DNA of 61,141 bases. It comes from a virus (Duplodnaviria > Caudoviricetes). This document shows, one piece after another, positions 17,538-26,165 of the stretch. The notes under the pieces were generated by a model. That model was given only the letters and a program-made list of their open reading frames with translations. It was not told the origin of the DNA and searched no databases. The position numbers and the translations under genes were made by a program. Where the stretch lies: the IMG/VR virus record IMGVR_UViG_3300028920_000076, positions 1 through 61,141 of that record; one strand, 5' to 3'. Numbering within the stretch: position 1 is the first letter of the stretch; the number at the start of each line of letters is the position of its first letter.

Positions 17538-18060
17538 GACAGTAGAACTCGAAGTTGCAACCGTGATTGCCTCTCACGTCACTGCTACACTGGAAAAATC
17601 GTCTTGCCGATACACCGTTTGTGGATCTATGAGGCGGTCTGATTTGGCGAATGTGGGCTCTATTCCGATTATATGTGATAGGACATCATTAAATAGGAGG
17701 TCCGTTGCACGGGCGCTACGGAGGCGAGGATTAAGCATAAGTAAACTTCCCGTTTCCAGAGGAGCTACTGTTGGGAGGGGCTTCTTGGCAAATGGGCTTC
17801 CGGTGTACTTGTACGACTCGGATGATAACGAGTGGGGTGCTGCTACGTTACTACATACCGGCAACTTATTATTTACTCGATTGATGCAGCAACATGCTGC
17901 GTCTTTGGAGTACACGCTTAACGGATACGGACTTTGGCTCGGAGATGATCAAATCGCTGGCAAGGATGAGAGGCAGATTTTCTTCGCTCTGGGAGTATCG
18001 CATGTTGCTCCAAAGTACCGAAACTTCAGGAAGGGAGATAGGCTCCCTATAATCTTATAA
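17524..18060 (+). CDS. minimal PolX (pol beta palm/thumb)-like protein lacking catalytic aspartates
   Basis: VCGSMRR, LLHTGN..F...M, TLNGYGL, ERQIFFALG...PKYR; DxD is replaced by SIP. Confidence 0.7.
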   Translation: MRQVRTVELEVATVIASHVTATLEKSSCRYTVCGSMRRSDLANVGSIPIICDRTSLNRRSVARALRRRGLSISKLPVSRGATVGRGFLANGLPVYLYDSDDNEWGAATLLHTGNLLFTRLMQQHAASLEYTLNGYGLWLGDDQIAGKDERQIFFALGVSHVAPKYRNFRKGDRLPIIL

Positions 18061-18069
18061 GGAGGTAAG

Positions 18070-18597
18070 ATGGATACACGGCAAATTAGAACTAAGAGGA
18101 AGACGAAGCCGACCCAAACCAAGAGCCAGAAATCAAGGTCTCGGACAGTTGCCCAGATTCATACTGCTATTGAACAGGCCGGGAAAACTGAGTCAAAATT
18201 GAAGGAATTGGCCGGGAGCCTGACAGACACCGAGATAGGTCTGTTGGCGGATCAGCATTTGCGTGACACAGAAAAGTCTGCGGAGATTAACAAGGGGATA
18301 TCGTGGATCAAACCGCTTCTTCACTTGTCAGCACGGGAGCAGAAGTGGAAGAAGAAGGAGGGTGATGTCTCTGAGGCAAAAGCCATGGCAGGGTCATCTA
18401 CTGAGTTCACCTGTACGGTCACACAGTTTGTTGCTCTCCTCAAAAAAGAAGGTAAACTCAAGCTGGCCGATGACATCCTTTCAATTCGGTTGGGTGATGC
18501 CAAGAAGTACCTTGGAGAAGCTGCAATAGCACCTGTTACGAAGAAGAAGTCGGACTCCATGGGCCGTTTTTCAATCGCCAGAAAGAAGGGTAAGTAG
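18070..18597 (+). CDS. basic hypothetical protein
   Basis: AAGGAGGT RBS; K-rich. Confidence 0.7.
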   Translation: MDTRQIRTKRKTKPTQTKSQKSRSRTVAQIHTAIEQAGKTESKLKELAGSLTDTEIGLLADQHLRDTEKSAEINKGISWIKPLLHLSAREQKWKKKEGDVSEAKAMAGSSTEFTCTVTQFVALLKKEGKLKLADDILSIRLGDAKKYLGEAAIAPVTKKKSDSMGRFSIARKKGK

Positions 18598-18871
18598 ACC
18601 GGTCTAACCGTTTGTAAATACCAATCCCACCTCGTACCCCATTTGTGCCATACGTGTCCATTTGGGGTACATCTTTTTTCGTTAAAAACTTCCGTAAAAG
18701 CCCGCCGTTTCTGGGATCTCCTACTATAGTCAAATTTGGCTTTTCTCCTATAATACACCCTGACCTACATCGCCTGAAAAACAGAAGTAACCTGAGTTTT
18801 GTAAGTGGCTGATTTGGCAAGGAATATTCAGCTCTCCCAAAATTTTTTTGACCTATTATAAAAGAAAGTTC

Positions 18872-18900
18872 TTGACCTTGGTTGTGCGTCTGTATATGCT
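18872..18900 (+). promoter_or_regulatory. candidate promoter of the virion operon
   Basis: TTGACC-N17-TATGCT upstream of 18964. Confidence 0.5.
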
Positions 18901-18963
18901 ATAGAGTGATGAGATATCCGCATGCTGTAAACGAGTTACTAAACAATAGTAAGGAGGTACACA

Positions 18964-19446
18964 ATGACATTGAGAAATAGATCATGTTCGTCATTTTACA
19001 AAGCTTTGCTTGTTTTGCTCACCACCGCCCTCGCCCTGTCACTTCTTGTTTCAATGGCCCATGCCTCAAGTCTACAATGGAATCCTGCCGCATCAGGTGA
19101 TGACCCAGATGGTTATATTGTCTACTACTGGGAGGGAGCCATAGACCGTTTTACTGCGGACGACTTGAAAACTCCGGTTCCTGCTGGTTTGGGAGTAATG
19201 CCGCCTGTGCCGTTTGTGTCTGGTCAGGCAACTTATATGGTTGCTGACATCGAAACGACATTAAATCTACCGAGAGGCCAAGACGTTAATTTTGCAGTAA
19301 CCGCCTATAACAGTACGGGACAGAGTGTTCCGGCAACTCTCAGCGAACCGTTCACTGTCCCGCAATTCTCGCCACCCGCAGAAGTTAAGTTGTGGGTGGA
19401 CCCTGATGAAGTACCTCTGTCGGCAGTCCAGCCGGAGGTGCAGTAA
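18964..19446 (+). CDS. signal-peptide protein with fibronectin type III-like domain
   Basis: Signal peptide ending AHA; LQWNP..DGYIVYY...FAVTAYNSTGQS. Confidence 0.7.
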   Translation: MTLRNRSCSSFYKALLVLLTTALALSLLVSMAHASSLQWNPAASGDDPDGYIVYYWEGAIDRFTADDLKTPVPAGLGVMPPVPFVSGQATYMVADIETTLNLPRGQDVNFAVTAYNSTGQSVPATLSEPFTVPQFSPPAEVKLWVDPDEVPLSAVQPEVQ

Positions 19447-19461
19447 GAGAAAAGCAATTCT

Positions 19462-20070
19462 ATGAGGGCTGAAAATATGCAATCGCTTGCAACTGGAAAA
19501 ATGGTAGTTAAGGATGAGAAACAACGAATCGTTTACGGGGAGGTATACTCCCCGTTTCGTCTGGATACAGACGGTGAGACCATGACGCAGGAGGACATCG
19601 GCATCATGGCTCAACGATTCATGGAGGATCACCTCGTTAGTAAGATTGACGTTGAGCATGACGAGGTGGAATCTGGAGCAGAAGTCATCCGATCATTTAT
19701 AGCAATGAAAAATGACCCAGATGGATTTGTCGCCGGATCATGGGTATTAGGAGTGAAAGTACATCCTGACCCGCTGTGGGAAAAAGTTATGAAGGGAGAA
19801 CTTAATGGGTTCTCCTTTTCTGGTTCTGTTGACCGAGTACCTGCCGAAGCCGTTGTTCAAATGGTTGTCAGGGCATACGGCGATACGGAGAAGTCTGAAG
19901 ATGGACCGTTGCCACCGCACATTCATAAATGCGATATTTCATTCGATGGGAATGGTCGAGTGCTGCCGGGGCAATTTACCGATTGGTCTTTGGACCACCA
20001 GCACCCCATAGAGAAAGCGACTGCTACCGGCTCCGAGATCGACCACGGACACCGGTTGGTCCTCATTTGA
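19462..20070 (+). CDS. XkdF-like prohead serine protease
   Basis: RIVYGEVYSP..DTDGE, DVEHD, GSWVLGVKV, KGELNGFS. Confidence 0.8.
   Translation: MRAENMQSLATGKMVVKDEKQRIVYGEVYSPFRLDTDGETMTQEDIGIMAQRFMEDHLVSKIDVEHDEVESGAEVIRSFIAMKNDPDGFVAGSWVLGVKVHPDPLWEKVMKGELNGFSFSGSVDRVPAEAVVQMVVRAYGDTEKSEDGPLPPHIHKCDISFDGNGRVLPGQFTDWSLDHQHPIEKATATGSEIDHGHRLVLI
19478..19491 (+). repeat. Dispersed 14-bp motif (TGCAATCGCTTGCA)
   Basis: Exact; encodes MQSLA. Confidence 0.9.
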
Positions 20071-20089
20071 TGATTAAGGAGTTACTGTT

Positions 20090-21217
20090 ATGGGCTTGAA
20101 TACCGAGACGGAAGAAGTCAAAAAGAGTATTACTTTACTAACTAACCCACGGGCTAACTTTGTTTCGCTGGTGAAGCATGCTGCGTCCCGGCAACCCTTC
20201 CGGGTTGTAAAAGCTGAGAAAGGAGGTAACAAAACTGTGAAAAGTATGGTCGTCCAGAGTATCCTGCTGCCGAACGGTACGACCATCGGGGATCTGTCTT
20301 CAAAGAGTGGAATGAATTGGCTGTCTGAGGTATCGGCTGAAAAGTCTGAATCCTTTGATAGCTTCACCAAGCTTACACAGGTTTCGGTCGAGAAGTTCGA
20401 TGAAGGGTCTATTAAACTGGTTAAGCTGGATGGCTCCGGGGCGTTTGCTCTTGCGGGTCAATTAATTCCTGACTCTGGGGTGGAGAACGTTATCACCTTG
20501 GGTGAGGAAGATACAGCTAAGGCAGCGGACCTCCCGACCGCCCCCATGGATGCTATTGTGGGGAATCCTGATGCTAACGCTGTCCTTGCCCAGAAGTTTG
20601 CTGATCTGTTTGACCGTGAGACTTATTCGATGCTGGATGTAGTCCATGGTCTGCTCCGTCAATCTGCCACCGATTCAAAGAAACGCAAGTCTGCGGTTCT
20701 GGCGGCAATCGACGGATACAAGTCATTCATTTCCATGGGTCTTGATGCGTTGGATAAGAACGCTGCCAAGCTCGACGGCAAACCCGACAAGTTTACCAAA
20801 CCGGCAGAGGATCAAAACCAACTAACTGACAAAGGAGAAGTTGAAATGTTTAAAACGAAAGACGAGTTCACGAACGCTGTGGTGACTATTCTCGATGCCC
20901 GTGATGCAAGAAAGCGGGAAACCGAGGACACCAAGGCACAGGAGGCTGCGGCCAAAAAACGTGACGAGGACTTCGCCACCCTGACGGATACGGTGCAGAA
21001 AATGGCCGAAACCGTCAACACTCTGGTCAAGAAGACGGAGAAGCTGGATGGTGAAAGTGACACGGACGCCGCCGCCAAGGACGGTGACACTGCGGACGCC
21101 GATGCTAAAAAGTCGGATACTGCGGACACCAAAGACGGTGACACCAAAGAGACCCCGGCCAAAACCTCCGGCGTTGACATGAGTGTCTTTTCGGGGCTGC
21201 TGACCGCAAAGGCTTAA
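20090..21217 (+). CDS. capsid scaffold / XkdF C-terminal-like protein
   Basis: FVSLVKHAA motif, coiled-coil acidic tail, position before the MCP. Confidence 0.65.
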   Translation: MGLNTETEEVKKSITLLTNPRANFVSLVKHAASRQPFRVVKAEKGGNKTVKSMVVQSILLPNGTTIGDLSSKSGMNWLSEVSAEKSESFDSFTKLTQVSVEKFDEGSIKLVKLDGSGAFALAGQLIPDSGVENVITLGEEDTAKAADLPTAPMDAIVGNPDANAVLAQKFADLFDRETYSMLDVVHGLLRQSATDSKKRKSAVLAAIDGYKSFISMGLDALDKNAAKLDGKPDKFTKPAEDQNQLTDKGEVEMFKTKDEFTNAVVTILDARDARKRETEDTKAQEAAAKKRDEDFATLTDTVQKMAETVNTLVKKTEKLDGESDTDAAAKDGDTADADAKKSDTADTKDGDTKETPAKTSGVDMSVFSGLLTAKA

Positions 21218-21228
21218 TTTGGCTGCTC

Positions 21229-21242
21229 TGCAATCGCTTGCA
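21229..21242 (+). repeat. Dispersed 14-bp motif (TGCAATCGCTTGCA)
   Basis: Exact, intergenic before the MCP. Confidence 0.9.
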
Positions 21243-21291
21243 CTTCTGAATTGAAGTCAAGGCAAATTCTTAAACAGGAGGTTTTATTACA

Positions 21292-22218
21292 ATGAAAGAA
21301 AGCAATCGATCCATTGTTGAAAAAGCCGACATTGCGGTCGGTGATCTCATCTCCAATGGCGGTTACCTAAATCCGATTCAGGCCAATACGTTTATCCGTA
21401 TGCTGATCGAACAGCCAACTCTTTTGAATGAGATCCGTGTGGTGCCGATGAACTCGCCCACCATGGAGATCAATAAAATCGGGTTCGCAGATCGAATCAT
21501 GCGGAGAGCCCCTGCTTCGGGCCAAGCTTTAGCCGCTGCCGACCGCACGAAACCGACCACTGACAAGGTAGAGCTTGCCACCAAGGAAGTCATTGCCGAA
21601 GTCCAGATTCCGTACGATGTGCTGGAAGACAACATCGAACGTGGATCTTTGGAGTCCACGATCATGACCCTCATCACCGAACGGGCTGCGCTCGATCTGG
21701 AGGAGTTGTTGATTCTGGGTGACACCGGCTCCGTTGATACCTACCTCAATCTGCTGGACGGGATTCTGGTACAGGCCACTTCCCATGTCGTTGATCACAC
21801 CGCCACACCGGTCGCCGTTGAGAAGACAGTCTTTAAGCAGATGCTTCGGGCCATGCCCAACAAGTACCTGCGAAACCGTGCTGCGATGCGTCACTATGTT
21901 TCCCCGCATGCGGAAATTGAGTATGCAGACAGCCTGTCTAACCGGGAAACCCCGTTGGGTGATCGGAAAGTTGTTGGATGGATGCCGAATTATGCTTACG
22001 GTATCCCCGTCAGACCTGCGGCTTTGATGCCGAACGCCAAGGGCATCTTCACGTACCCGAAAAACCTCATCATGGGTGTTCAACGCCAGATCATGATAGA
22101 GACCGACCGGGATATTCGTGCTCGTGTGCTGGTGGTTGTTTTGACCATGCGCCTCGATATGAAGTTCGAGGAGGAAGACGCTGTGGTCAAAGTTGACGGC
22201 CTTGACCCTGACTTATAA
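21292..22218 (+). CDS. major capsid protein (XkdG-like, HK97 fold)
   Basis: GGYLNPIQANTFI, EDNIE, DLEELLILGD, FTYPKNLIMG, D...EEEDAVV. Confidence 0.85.
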   Translation: MKESNRSIVEKADIAVGDLISNGGYLNPIQANTFIRMLIEQPTLLNEIRVVPMNSPTMEINKIGFADRIMRRAPASGQALAAADRTKPTTDKVELATKEVIAEVQIPYDVLEDNIERGSLESTIMTLITERAALDLEELLILGDTGSVDTYLNLLDGILVQATSHVVDHTATPVAVEKTVFKQMLRAMPNKYLRNRAAMRHYVSPHAEIEYADSLSNRETPLGDRKVVGWMPNYAYGIPVRPAALMPNAKGIFTYPKNLIMGVQRQIMIETDRDIRARVLVVVLTMRLDMKFEEEDAVVKVDGLDPDL

Positions 22219-22251
22219 AATCCAATCGGTTATCGATAAGGAGTGAGAGAT

Positions 22252-22548
22252 ATGCCACAAGTTACACTGCTCGGCAACGAGGGTAACACATACACCCTGT
22301 TTCAAGGCGTCAAGGAGTACTTCTTTGAGGCTGGTGTTCCGCAGGATGTCCCTGTGTCAGTTGCTCTCGAAGCCCAGAAAAAACGAAAGGCGAAAGATGA
22401 GCCGATGTTTGAGGTTTCAGACTTGCCTAATATCGTTGGTATTAAGGATGACGACCCACCGGTTGTACCGGAGGAAGCTATCCTTGCGAGTTCCGGGCAG
22501 AATGTAGATCGGAAGCTGACGAATTTGAGGTTTGAGACATGGCTTTGA
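22252..22548 (+). CDS. hypothetical virion-associated protein
   Basis: AAGGAG RBS; after the MCP. Confidence 0.6.
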   Translation: MPQVTLLGNEGNTYTLFQGVKEYFFEAGVPQDVPVSVALEAQKKRKAKDEPMFEVSDLPNIVGIKDDDPPVVPEEAILASSGQNVDRKLTNLRFETWL

Positions 22549-23114
22549 TTACTACAGTTGGGGGCGCAGACTCCGACAGTTATGTGACACTGGTTGAAGC
22601 GGAAGCTACCCTTAAAAAGTTCTACCCAGAGCAATACGAACAATGGGTAGACATCGAAACGGACGAGGAGCGAGAAGTTCTCTTGCGAGGTTCTGCCGAA
22701 TTGATGGGGTATCTACCGCTGCGTGGGAGGAAAGTATATTGTGACCAAGCGTTGCACTTCCCACGTATGCTTAGGAGAGACCCTGATGACGCTGTGTATG
22801 ACAGCATCCCAGACGGTATAAAAGAGTGTCAAGCCCAGATAGCATTTAACGTGTTATTCCGGGCCTCCCTCTCTAACGCTGCTGTTGAGGATGGTGCTGT
22901 ATCAGGCTCACGGGTAACTCAGGTTTCTCTCGGAGGAGGTCTCTTAATGGTCTCCTTTTCAGGCGACAACGAAACGTCAGGGACTATACTGGATAGGATT
23001 ACTCGATCCGTAAACTACCAAAGTTATCTGTCAATAAAGAAATTTTTGTCACAGGTACGTGGTGGAATCGTCGAGGACGAAGGCTATAACGAACCATGTA
23101 GGGAGCTTGCCTAA
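22539..23114 (+). CDS. head-tail adaptor
   Basis: GGADSDSYVTLVEA...QALHFPR...IPDGIKECQ pattern; synteny. Confidence 0.7.
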   Translation: MALITTVGGADSDSYVTLVEAEATLKKFYPEQYEQWVDIETDEEREVLLRGSAELMGYLPLRGRKVYCDQALHFPRMLRRDPDDAVYDSIPDGIKECQAQIAFNVLFRASLSNAAVEDGAVSGSRVTQVSLGGGLLMVSFSGDNETSGTILDRITRSVNYQSYLSIKKFLSQVRGGIVEDEGYNEPCRELA

Positions 23115-23494
23115 TGAGCCTCTATACACAAGTTGCGGGACCGACTAAAGCCTTTCTGAATCAGCTCATGGCTGATAAAGACCTGTCTCGCCCAGTTACC
23201 TACAAGCGTCACAAAAAGACGACTTTTGATGAAACGAAGGGACATAACGTCACAACATGGGATTCGTTTCCCATGCCAGCAACTAAACTATTACATAACC
23301 AGCGCACGGTTGAAGTGTCGAACTCAAAGGTCGAGGTAGGTGATTCACTTTTCTTGATCCGTGGGGATGACTCGCCGGACGGCATGACCCTAAAGGACCA
23401 GATCGTTGACGAAGACGGTATGAAATTTCGGCTGAAGGGTATTGATAATATCTTCGGCATTGCCGTTTCTATAACAGTTGATGGGTGGAAGTAA
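23114..23494 (+). CDS. head closure protein
   Basis: Synteny; size. Confidence 0.55.
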   Translation: MSLYTQVAGPTKAFLNQLMADKDLSRPVTYKRHKKTTFDETKGHNVTTWDSFPMPATKLLHNQRTVEVSNSKVEVGDSLFLIRGDDSPDGMTLKDQIVDEDGMKFRLKGIDNIFGIAVSITVDGWK

Positions 23495-23908
23495 ATGATC
23501 CATTTTGAAATACCAAAAGAGTCATTAGAAGTGCTCGAACGTTTTACTACTGCATTGCGTGACATGCCAGAAGTTGCGGAAGGGGCGCTGAGTGACGTAC
23601 TGACCACCATAAAAAATCTGGTACAGGAGGAAACGCCTGTTGGGGAAACTGGAGATCTGAAAAGCGGATGGTCGTCCATTTCTCAGGTTGCCGGTGGATA
23701 CTCATTTGAGAATCGAACCCCGTATGCCTACGTTATTGAGGAAGGCAAATTTAGAGGGGTTGGTCCGAGAACCGTACGAACAGGAGACGGGATCTTTTCA
23801 AGACAAGCACCAAAAGGAATGACCGGTCCCGTATTGAGTGACGATGCGGCTATTAATAGAAGTATTCTGTTCGTGCTGGAGCGAATAACGAGAGCTTTGG
23901 AGGGATAA
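23495..23908 (+). CDS. HK97 gp10-like neck/tail completion protein
   Basis: TPVGETGDLKSGW, NRTPYAYVIEEG, QAPKGM. Confidence 0.75.
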   Translation: MIHFEIPKESLEVLERFTTALRDMPEVAEGALSDVLTTIKNLVQEETPVGETGDLKSGWSSISQVAGGYSFENRTPYAYVIEEGKFRGVGPRTVRTGDGIFSRQAPKGMTGPVLSDDAAINRSILFVLERITRALEG

Positions 23909-23911
23909 AAA

Positions 23912-24364
23912 TTGGAAGAACGAGAAGCTATAATCGTTGAATTGCAAAAGCGACTCGCTTCTGTTGAGGGTAACAATGCAGCAGACCGTAATCCTGAGTC
24001 TCCACCAGACGCTTCATCCATGCCCGTGATTAACTTCTATGAGCTGGACGATAACGTAGTAAAATCCAGCCAAAGAGGAGGGTATCCCGTTTATACTCGT
24101 GTGCTGAATGTTGTGATAGAGCCTTTCATACAAGGTGAGGAACGGGGCTCCGAGACCAAGGAGCTTCAAGCCTTTTGTCGAAAGTTGTATATCAAGTTGT
24201 ATGAGAAAGTCGGAAGTAATGCGCCTAACTCGCTCGGTGGTCTTTGCTCGTTTGTCGAGACCGCAAAAAGCCGTGTGCTGAGACCGGCAACTGGACCGAA
24301 AGTTGCTGGAATTGGTATCGCAATCGCAATAACCTACCTTGAGGATACAGGTAAGAACATATAA
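23912..24364 (+). CDS. tail terminator
   Basis: Synteny before the tail tube. Confidence 0.55.
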   Translation: MEEREAIIVELQKRLASVEGNNAADRNPESPPDASSMPVINFYELDDNVVKSSQRGGYPVYTRVLNVVIEPFIQGEERGSETKELQAFCRKLYIKLYEKVGSNAPNSLGGLCSFVETAKSRVLRPATGPKVAGIGIAIAITYLEDTGKNI

Positions 24365-24381
24365 CATGGGAGGAAAACGCT

Positions 24382-25359
24382 ATGACTCCGAGTACTGACA
24401 ATTATACTCTTGGGAAGGGCATTGTTTACTTCAATAAGAAGGAAACTGATGGCTCTTACAAGGGTGAACGTGATCTGGGGAACGCCCCCGAATTTACGTT
24501 CAATATTGAACTGGCGGCTCTGGAGCACTACTCCAGCCGGGGTGGACTCCGGGCCAAGGATAAGAAGGTGATTAACGAGATCACTCCGGGAGTTGCCTTC
24601 ACGCTGGATGAGATTACCGACGAAAACCTTGCGTTGCTCACAATGGGCGAGGTTGAGTCCGTAGTACAGGCCATTGCGGATTTTACGGATGACTTCACAG
24701 AAGTCACCCTTGACCGCTTTGTGGAGCTGTCCAAACGGGCCGTTGGGATCTTCGTCCTTCCCATTGAAAACACAGTCGGTGGCCCTTTCGAGATCGGGGA
24801 AACCGTAACCGGTGGGACCAGTGCTGCAACCGCTGTTGTTGCCGAGCAATCTGCTGATTCTCTGAAGCTTGTTACTGTGGTCGGAACTTTCCAAGCCGCA
24901 GAAGAAATTACAGGCGGGACCAGTTCTGCAACCGCTGATACCACCGGGGTTGGTGCCATTACTTCCGGTGTGCTGGCCGTTACGGACGATACCGAGACCA
25001 CGCAGTATGTGGCCGGGACCGACTACACCGTCGATGCTGCCGTAGGCCGTGTTAAACTGCTGGATACCGGTTCCATCGCTGCGGACTCTGATGTCAAGAT
25101 TAAGGGTTCGTGTGAGGCGTCCACCTACAAGAAGATCAAGGCTATTGCGGTCTCCGAGTTGGAAGGTGCTCTGCGTTTTGTATCTGACAATCCTGTTGGT
25201 AACAATATGGAGCTTCAGATACACCGTGCTTCTCTGACCCCTGCCGGTGATACGGCTATGATCGGTGAGGACTGGAGTACTCTTGGTTTTGAGGGGGAAG
25301 TCCTCAAAGATGAAACTGGCCATCCCGACAGCCCGTACTTCAATATTCTTATGACGTAG
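24382..25359 (+). CDS. major tail tube protein with inserted domain
   Basis: YTLGKGIVYF...RDLGNAPEF; DNPVGNN; synteny. Confidence 0.75.
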   Translation: MTPSTDNYTLGKGIVYFNKKETDGSYKGERDLGNAPEFTFNIELAALEHYSSRGGLRAKDKKVINEITPGVAFTLDEITDENLALLTMGEVESVVQAIADFTDDFTEVTLDRFVELSKRAVGIFVLPIENTVGGPFEIGETVTGGTSAATAVVAEQSADSLKLVTVVGTFQAAEEITGGTSSATADTTGVGAITSGVLAVTDDTETTQYVAGTDYTVDAAVGRVKLLDTGSIAADSDVKIKGSCEASTYKKIKAIAVSELEGALRFVSDNPVGNNMELQIHRASLTPAGDTAMIGEDWSTLGFEGEVLKDETGHPDSPYFNILMT

Positions 25360-25393
25360 GGGTTGCCCTAACCGTTAATTTTTCTTTAATCGG

Positions 25394-25431
25394 AAAGGGG
25401 CCGGATGCAATCGCTTGCACGGCCCCTTTTT
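25394..25431 (+). terminator. Terminator hairpin containing the 14-bp motif
   Basis: AAAGGGGCCG-GA-TGCAATCGCTTGCA-CGGCCCCTTTTT. Confidence 0.75.
25406..25419 (+). repeat. Dispersed 14-bp motif (TGCAATCGCTTGCA)
   Basis: Exact. Confidence 0.9.
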
Positions 25432-25449
25432 CCAAAAGGAGATACCAGA

Positions 25450-25920
25450 ATGAGTGACGATGCGAAACGTCTAACAGACGCAGATTGGGATTTACTTCTA
25501 CCAGAGAAAGTTGCTAAACTTGGTTCCACGGAGATTCCGATTAAACCGATGGGACTCGAAACGCTGGCCTCTGTCATCCGTGATGTCAAAAGCATCCAAG
25601 GTGAACTCACCGAGGCTGGTATCACTCTCCAGAACTACTCAGATATCGATAAGTTGATTGCTATGACTTCTGCGGTTCTTGACCGAATACCGGAAGCAAT
25701 GCAGAAAGCGTCTGGGATTCACGTCGATGACCTGAAGCGACTCCCGTTAAATGCTGCGGTTCATGTGTTAGGCGTTGTACTGGACGCTAACATCGACTCC
25801 CACGAGGGTTTGGAAAAAAACTTGCTGGACTTGGCGGGGAAGATCGGGAAGCTGACGGATACGGGCTTGGGAACGTCGTCCAGTTCCTCGTCAGATCAGG
25901 ACATGGGTGGCAAGAAATAA
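25450..25920 (+). CDS. tail assembly chaperone (gpG-like)
   Basis: AAAGGAG RBS; between tube and tape measure. Confidence 0.75.
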   Translation: MSDDAKRLTDADWDLLLPEKVAKLGSTEIPIKPMGLETLASVIRDVKSIQGELTEAGITLQNYSDIDKLIAMTSAVLDRIPEAMQKASGIHVDDLKRLPLNAAVHVLGVVLDANIDSHEGLEKNLLDLAGKIGKLTDTGLGTSSSSSSDQDMGGKK

Positions 25921-26165
25921 AGAAGTACTCGCTCGGAGAGATCGGGGTATTTATCCGGGCATCGAGGGAAGCGGACGATCAAGAGTATAGCCGGATGCTA
26001 ATGGCAAATTGGATTGGCACACACGCATCCCAAAAGGGAATCAATAAGATAGTTTTAGAACCCCATAAAGTACGTAGGGCTAAAGCAATCGCAAAAGATC
26101 CGAAGGCGGTCCAGAACGAGTGGATGAGATTGGCCGCTTTCAATAGGAGCATAAAGCGTGGCTGA
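25815..26165 (+). CDS. -1 frameshift extension (gpGT-like); slippery site A AAA AAC at 25815-25821
   Basis: The -1 frame is open to TGA 26165: KLAGLGGED...QFLVRSGHGWQEIKKYSLGEIGVF...SIKRG. Confidence 0.8.
   Translation, partial: KKLAGLGGEDREADGYGLGNVVQFLVRSGHGWQEIKKYSLGEIGVFIRASREADDQEYSRMLMANWIGTHASQKGINKIVLEPHKVRRAKAIAKDPKAVQNEWMRLAAFNRSIKRG

Noticed and set aside
25405-25449. ORF start MQSLA at 25405
   Set aside because: The ATG comes from the motif inside a terminator hairpin; the RBS supports 25450.
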